DNA from: Planctomycetota bacterium
GTDB taxonomy: Bacteria > Planctomycetota > MHYJ01 > WSZJ01
Direction: 5' to 3'
Length of the DNA stretch: 64,000 nucleotides
Assembly: GCA_038060895.1 (NCBI GenBank)
Contig: JBBTCT010000027.1
Span: forward strand, 64,001-128,000
In this document: piece after piece, positions 59,030 through 64,000 of the stretch
Position numbering within the stretch: position 1 is the stretch's first letter
How the letters are laid out: each line of letters begins with the position of its first letter
Position numbers and translations under genes: made by a program
The notes under the pieces: model-generated
The model's input: only the letters and a program-made list of their open reading frames with translations
What the model was told of the DNA's origin: nothing
Database searches by the model: none

Positions 59030-60061
59030 ATGAAAAAACTCCCGTGGTTGCTCGCGATCGCAGGCTGCTCCGCCGCGCTGGACCCTCTGCCGCCGAATCC
59101 TCGCGCTGACGAAAAGCGCCTGCCCGGCCTGCAGCAGCTCACTTTCAGCGGCGAGAACGCGGAGGCTTACTTTTCGGCCGACGGCCGGCGGCTCATCCTG
59201 CAGTCCACCCACGGCGACATGGAGGCGGACCAGATTTTCATTCTGCCGGTTACCGGTGGAGAGATGACGCGGGTCTCGACAGGCAAAGGTAAGTGCACGT
59301 GCGCGTGGTTCTTTCCCGACGGGAAGAGAATTCTCTTCGCCTCGACTCACCTTGCGGGTGACGAGCCGCCGCCGAAGCCGGACTACTCGAAAGGGTACGT
59401 GTGGGCGGTGCACGACGAGTACGACATCTACACGGCCAACGAGGACGGCACCGGACTGAAGCGCGTGACGGAGAATCCCCGCTACGACGCCGAGGGGACG
59501 ATGAACCATGACGGGAGCCGGATCGTCTTCACGAGCCACCGCGACGGGGATCTCGACATCTATTCGATGAAGCCCGACGGGACGGACGTGAAGCGACTGA
59601 CGGACGAGCCGGGGTATGACGGAGGCGCGGTTTACTCGCCCGACGGCGCGAAAATCGTGTACCGCTCGTTCCATCCAACCGGGTTGGCGCTCGAGGAATT
59701 CCGGGCCCTGCTCTCTGAGGCCAGGGTCCGCCCGACCACGATGGAACTCTGGGTCATGGACGCCGACGGCTCGCGCCGCCGCCAGATCACGAAGCTCGGC
59801 GGCGCGAATTTCGCCCCGGCCTGGCACCCCGACGGCGAACGCATCATTTTTGCCTCCAATCACCTCGATCCGAAATCCCGCAATTTCGACCTCTTCCTCG
59901 TGAACGAAGACGGCTCCGGCCTTGTACGCGTGACTACCAGCGACACGTTCGACGGCTTCCCGATGTTCAGCAGCGACGGGAAGCGCCTGGTGTTTGCTTC
60001 GAACCGGGACAGCGCGGTGAAAGGCGAGACGAACATCTTTCTCGCCGATTGGGAGGAGTAG
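59030..60061 (+). CDS. TolB-like PD40 beta-propeller lipoprotein
   Basis: Lipobox IAGC; ENAEAYFS, repeated SPDG..IVF units. Confidence 0.88.
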   Translation: MKKLPWLLAIAGCSAALDPLPPNPRADEKRLPGLQQLTFSGENAEAYFSADGRRLILQSTHGDMEADQIFILPVTGGEMTRVSTGKGKCTCAWFFPDGKRILFASTHLAGDEPPPKPDYSKGYVWAVHDEYDIYTANEDGTGLKRVTENPRYDAEGTMNHDGSRIVFTSHRDGDLDIYSMKPDGTDVKRLTDEPGYDGGAVYSPDGAKIVYRSFHPTGLALEEFRALLSEARVRPTTMELWVMDADGSRRRQITKLGGANFAPAWHPDGERIIFASNHLDPKSRNFDLFLVNEDGSGLVRVTTSDTFDGFPMFSSDGKRLVFASNRDSAVKGETNIFLADWEE

Positions 60062-60116
60062 GGCCCGGCGCGGTTCCCCTTCATTCGTCGCGCCGGCTGG
60101 CGCATAATCCGACCCC

Positions 60117-63100
60117 GTGTTGACCCCGGAAGACCTCGCCCTCGCCCAATCCCTGCTGAAGAGCGGCCGCATTCCGGCTGAGGCGCTTCAGCACCAGATT
60201 TCCCTCATCGCCGCCGCCCCCGGGAAAAGCCTGGGGGCCTCGCTCGAGGAAGCGGGACTGTTGCCGCGCGGCGAACTCGCGCGCCTGACGGAGACGTTCG
60301 CCTCCAAGGGGACCCGGGTACCCGCGATCGCCGTTGGGGCAGGCGGGCGGAAGAAACTGGGCCGGTACGAGCTGGTCCGGGAACTCGGAAGAGGCGGAAT
60401 GGGCGTCGTCTACGAGGGATTCGAGCCGGGATTGAAACGGCGCGTCGCGATCAAGACGATCATCGCCGGCGAAGGAGCCCCGGAGGACATGGTCGAGAGG
60501 TTCGTGCGCGAGTCGCGCGCCGCCGCGGCACTTCAGCATCCGAACATCGTGCAGGTCTACGAAGTCGGCGAGGCGGACGGCGTGAAATACTTCGCCATGG
60601 AATACGTCGAGGGTACTTCCCTCGACAAGGTCATCAAGCAAGACGGCGCCCTTCCGCCGCGCCGCGCGCTCCGGATTGCCGCCGAGGCGGCCCGGGCGCT
60701 TCAGCATGCGCATGAAAAGGGGATCATTCACCGCGACGTGAAGCCGGGAAACATCCTGCTCGCGGAGGTTCCCGACGCTTCGCTCGTGCGCTCCATGGAT
60801 GGCGGGGAGCGCCCCGAGCGGATCCTGCTGACGGACTTCGGGCTCGCGAAAGAAATGGGCGGGTCTTCTTCGCTGACCCTGAGCGGAAACCTGATCGGCA
60901 CCCCGGCGTACATGAGCCCCGAGCAGGCCGCAGGCAAGATCCGGGAAATCGATGCCCGCAGCGACGTCTACTCCCTCGGCGCCGTCCTCTACGAATTGCT
61001 GGCCGGAAAACCCCCGTTCGGCGGCGACACGCTCGCTTCCGTCCTCTCTGACATCCGGTCCATCGACGCCAGGCCGCTGCGCGGAGTGCGCCAGGGCGTC
61101 CATCGCGACGTGGAGTTGATCGTCCAGAAGGCGATGGCGAAGGACAAGGACCGCCGATACGGTTCCGCCGCCGAATTCGCCGACGACATCGAACGATGGC
61201 TGGGCGGGGAAGCGGTCGTCGCCGCTCCGCCCACGCTCATTTACCGGGTTGCCCGCTTCGCGCGCCGCCGCCGCGCCGCCCTTCTCTCCGCCGCGGCCTG
61301 TCTCGTCGCCGTTGGTTCCCTCGGCGGCTGGCTCGGCTGGCGCCATGTGAGGGACCGTGCAGAAGCGGCCCAGCGCGCCGCGAGCGAAGCACAAGGCAGG
61401 GAGACGCGGGCAAAAGATCATGTGATCGCGGCGTACCGCCTCATCGACCGGGCGGAATTCGACGGCGCGATGGTGGAGCTGAAACTGGCGGAAGCGGAGG
61501 TTCCGGGGTTTGCCGCGGCCGTCACATCCGCCCGCGAATGCCGCCGGAAACGGTCGATCCACGCGATGTCGGAAGCCCTGTCGCGCGAGAACTGGAAGGG
61601 AGCGCTGGCGATCGCGGAGGTGTCCGCCGAGTTTCGCTCGGATCCTGAGATCGTGGTGCTCACGCGTCGCGCGCACGGCACGTGCTCGATCGAGGTGACC
61701 TCGGCCGAACCGGGAATCGAAGCGGACATGGGAGCGCCCGAGCCGGGAGTGCCCTGGGAGGAAGGTTCTTTTCCCGCGATGGAACTCGCGCGGCGGGTCG
61801 GCCTGTGCCGGCCGCTGGGTTCAGCACCCGTGGCAAAATTCGACGCGGGCTTTGGAGATCATCTCGTCGTCCTGAGCCGCGCGGGCAAAGCCGTGCGAGT
61901 CATCCCGCTCCGGCTTTCCCGCAGCACGGACCTTCGAATCGATTACCGAGTGCTGCGGCCTGGATCGGTCCCCGGCGCGACCCACGAGACCCTCTCCGCT
62001 GCGCTCAAGGATGCACTTCCCGGCAACATCGTGGAACTTCACGGCGGCTCTCACTCCCTGCTGGAGACCAGAATTCCGGCCGGGGTCATGATCCGGGCCG
62101 TCGAGGGAACCGAGCCTCACATCGTTTCTCCCGAGGGACACACGAGTTTTGACGGAATCCGGGCGCACGGGGCGGTTCTCGAAGGCCTTACCTTTGAGCC
62201 CTCAATAGGATCGGGACTGGTGTTCAACGGCGCCTTCAGGCCGGTCATCCGGCGATGCCAATTCGACAAGGTCGGCGCACGCACGCTCGACTTCACCAAC
62301 TCCGACGATTGGCTCGTGCGCGATTGCCGGATAGCCGGGCCCCGCCGCTACGGCGTGGCTGCTGAAAACAGCCTCGGAGGAACCGTGTTTCGGGTCGATT
62401 GCCGCAACTCTTCCGACGCGGGTTTCGAACTCTCCGGCCGCCGCCAGCGCGTGATCCAGTGCGTGGTGGAAGATTGCGCCAAACTCGGCGTCGGCATCGA
62501 AGGCCAGGACGCCGTCGTCACCGGCTGCCGGATTGCCCGAAGCGGCGTCCAGGGACTCGTGGTCGTGAAGGCGTTCGGCGCCCGCCTCGAAGACAACCTC
62601 CTGCTCGGCAATTGCCATCGCCCCGCCGGCGACGAACCATCCTCGGTCGTCATCTATGACAGCGGCCGCGTCCGCTTCCGCTTCAACACGATCGTCGGCG
62701 GCAAGGGCGTTGGCCTGGGCATCAAGATGTGCGGCGGCTATTTCGAATCCTGGATCGCTTCGGGAATCGAGGGAAGAGCCTTCCATCTCCACGGAATGCC
62801 GGGGCCCGGAATTGACGTCGAGGACGCCACGACGCTCGACTGGTTCGTCACCTGGAACTGCCGGCTCTGGGGGCGCTTCGATACCGTCGAGTTTCCGAAG
62901 ATCACGGATGCGACGAACAGCCCGCGGATTGACGGGACGCAGGGATGGAAAGCCGCGCGCGAGGTCGTCGAGTGCGATCCCGGATTTGTCGATCCGGAAC
63001 ACGGCGACTACCGCCTGTCGCGCGAGAGCACGGCGCGCGGAAAGGGGCGGGATGGCGCCGACCCCGGCGTCCGGTGGGAAGCGCTTTCGGCCGACCTGAA

Positions 63101-63269
63101 GGACGGCCACGAGTGGCTTCGGCGCGAAAACGGACGGACGCTGGCTCGCGAGGGGATCCGGGCCTTCGTCGGCAACGACCCGACCCGCGCCCGTCGCCTC
63201 GCCGCGCAGGCCGCCGCCCTGGCGCCGGGAGATCCCGCAGTGATGGAACTGGAGGGGCGCCTGAAGTGA
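60117..63269 (+). CDS. Ser/Thr protein kinase with TM, TPR-like and right-handed beta-helix extracytoplasmic domains
   Basis: GRGGMG, HRDVKPGN, DFG, GTPAYMSPEQ; beta-helix repeats; DPGFVD..GDYRL. Confidence 0.92.
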   Translation: MLTPEDLALAQSLLKSGRIPAEALQHQISLIAAAPGKSLGASLEEAGLLPRGELARLTETFASKGTRVPAIAVGAGGRKKLGRYELVRELGRGGMGVVYEGFEPGLKRRVAIKTIIAGEGAPEDMVERFVRESRAAAALQHPNIVQVYEVGEADGVKYFAMEYVEGTSLDKVIKQDGALPPRRALRIAAEAARALQHAHEKGIIHRDVKPGNILLAEVPDASLVRSMDGGERPERILLTDFGLAKEMGGSSSLTLSGNLIGTPAYMSPEQAAGKIREIDARSDVYSLGAVLYELLAGKPPFGGDTLASVLSDIRSIDARPLRGVRQGVHRDVELIVQKAMAKDKDRRYGSAAEFADDIERWLGGEAVVAAPPTLIYRVARFARRRRAALLSAAACLVAVGSLGGWLGWRHVRDRAEAAQRAASEAQGRETRAKDHVIAAYRLIDRAEFDGAMVELKLAEAEVPGFAAAVTSARECRRKRSIHAMSEALSRENWKGALAIAEVSAEFRSDPEIVVLTRRAHGTCSIEVTSAEPGIEADMGAPEPGVPWEEGSFPAMELARRVGLCRPLGSAPVAKFDAGFGDHLVVLSRAGKAVRVIPLRLSRSTDLRIDYRVLRPGSVPGATHETLSAALKDALPGNIVELHGGSHSLLETRIPAGVMIRAVEGTEPHIVSPEGHTSFDGIRAHGAVLEGLTFEPSIGSGLVFNGAFRPVIRRCQFDKVGARTLDFTNSDDWLVRDCRIAGPRRYGVAAENSLGGTVFRVDCRNSSDAGFELSGRRQRVIQCVVEDCAKLGVGIEGQDAVVTGCRIARSGVQGLVVVKAFGARLEDNLLLGNCHRPAGDEPSSVVIYDSGRVRFRFNTIVGGKGVGLGIKMCGGYFESWIASGIEGRAFHLHGMPGPGIDVEDATTLDWFVTWNCRLWGRFDTVEFPKITDATNSPRIDGTQGWKAAREVVECDPGFVDPEHGDYRLSRESTARGKGRDGADPGVRWEALSADLKDGHEWLRRENGRTLAREGIRAFVGNDPTRARRLAAQAAALAPGDPAVMELEGRLK

Positions 63270-64000
63270 TAACGGCCGAAGATCTCGCCCTCGCGCAGTC
63301 GCTCCTCGCCTCGGGACGGGTCGATGCGACAGAGATCGAGAAGGCCCTCGCATCGCTGGGCGCGGAGAACTCTGGAAAGCGGCTGAAAGAGGTGCTGGCC
63401 GCGAGAGGGCTTCTTCAATCGGACGGCGCGGCGAAATACGGCGCAACCATCGTTCCCGGCTCGCTGGTGGGAGAGCCGCAGTCCGCGGACGGCTCCCGCA
63501 AACCCGTTGCCGTTCCCGAGACGTTCGACCGGACCATCATGGCGTCGGGATCCGGGAAATCGCTTCCCTCTCCACAACCCGACCCCGCGGTTCGCCCCGC
63601 TCGACGCATCGGCCGATTCGAACTGATGGACGAAATCGCACGAGGCGGAATGGGAATCGTTTACCGCGCCTTCGAGCCGGCGTTGAACAGGCACGTCGCG
63701 CTCAAGGTCCTCATCGCAGGTCAGAACGCGTCCGACGACCAGGTCCAGCGCTTCATTCGCGAAGCTCGAGCCGCAGCGGGCCTCCACCATCCGAACATCG
63801 TGCAGGTCTTCGAAGTCGGCGAAGAAACCGGCTCGCACTGGTTCGCAATGGAACTCGTGGACGGCGCGTCGCTCGACAAGATCATGAAGCAGCAGGGCTC
63901 CTTCCCGCCAAGAACCGCGCTTCGAATCGCACGCGATATCGCCCGCGCCCTTCACTTCGCGCACCAGAAGGGAATCGTCCACCGCGATGTGAAGCCGGGG
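63266..64000 (+). CDS. Second Ser/Thr protein kinase (truncated by window end)
   Basis: GTGA overlap; MITAEDLALAQSLL..., IARGGMG, VALK, HPNIVQV, HRDVKPG. Confidence 0.9.
   Translation, partial: MITAEDLALAQSLLASGRVDATEIEKALASLGAENSGKRLKEVLAARGLLQSDGAAKYGATIVPGSLVGEPQSADGSRKPVAVPETFDRTIMASGSGKSLPSPQPDPAVRPARRIGRFELMDEIARGGMGIVYRAFEPALNRHVALKVLIAGQNASDDQVQRFIREARAAAGLHHPNIVQVFEVGEETGSHWFAMELVDGASLDKIMKQQGSFPPRTALRIARDIARALHFAHQKGIVHRDVKPG

Overview
GC-rich chromosomal window from a diderm bacterium. lpxD, lolE/D, three Hanks-type Ser/Thr kinases, FHA, DUF4388-TPR, prepilin and HEAT proteins suggest Planctomycetota or a related PVC lineage (inference). It holds about 55 CDS, mostly housekeeping or metabolic: lysS, lolE/lolD, hpnC-hpnD-hpnE, lpxD, acyl-CoA dehydrogenase, a Tat-exported PaoABC-like molybdoenzyme, recQ, galE, mscL, TPP riboswitch-thiC-thi4, bioF and bioB. 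I found no rRNA, tRNA, CRISPR array, integrase or intact transposase. Main points of interest: (1) a gene missing from the ORF track at the left edge that fuses a RRE/PqqD-like domain, a radical SAM core, a degenerate SPASM domain and an ArsM-type arsenite methyltransferase; (2) several intergenic elements whose inverted arms are built from different 6-9 bp microsatellite units, one still carrying a broken GxxExxY gene; (3) a YdjC + SenB/GLT1D1-like glycosyltransferase + MFS operon; (4) many genes with a TANNNT box 6-9 nt before the start codon and no Shine-Dalgarno (leaderless signature); (5) a CTG-start LolE with an inserted VWA-like domain. All family calls come from motif recognition by eye; no database search was run.
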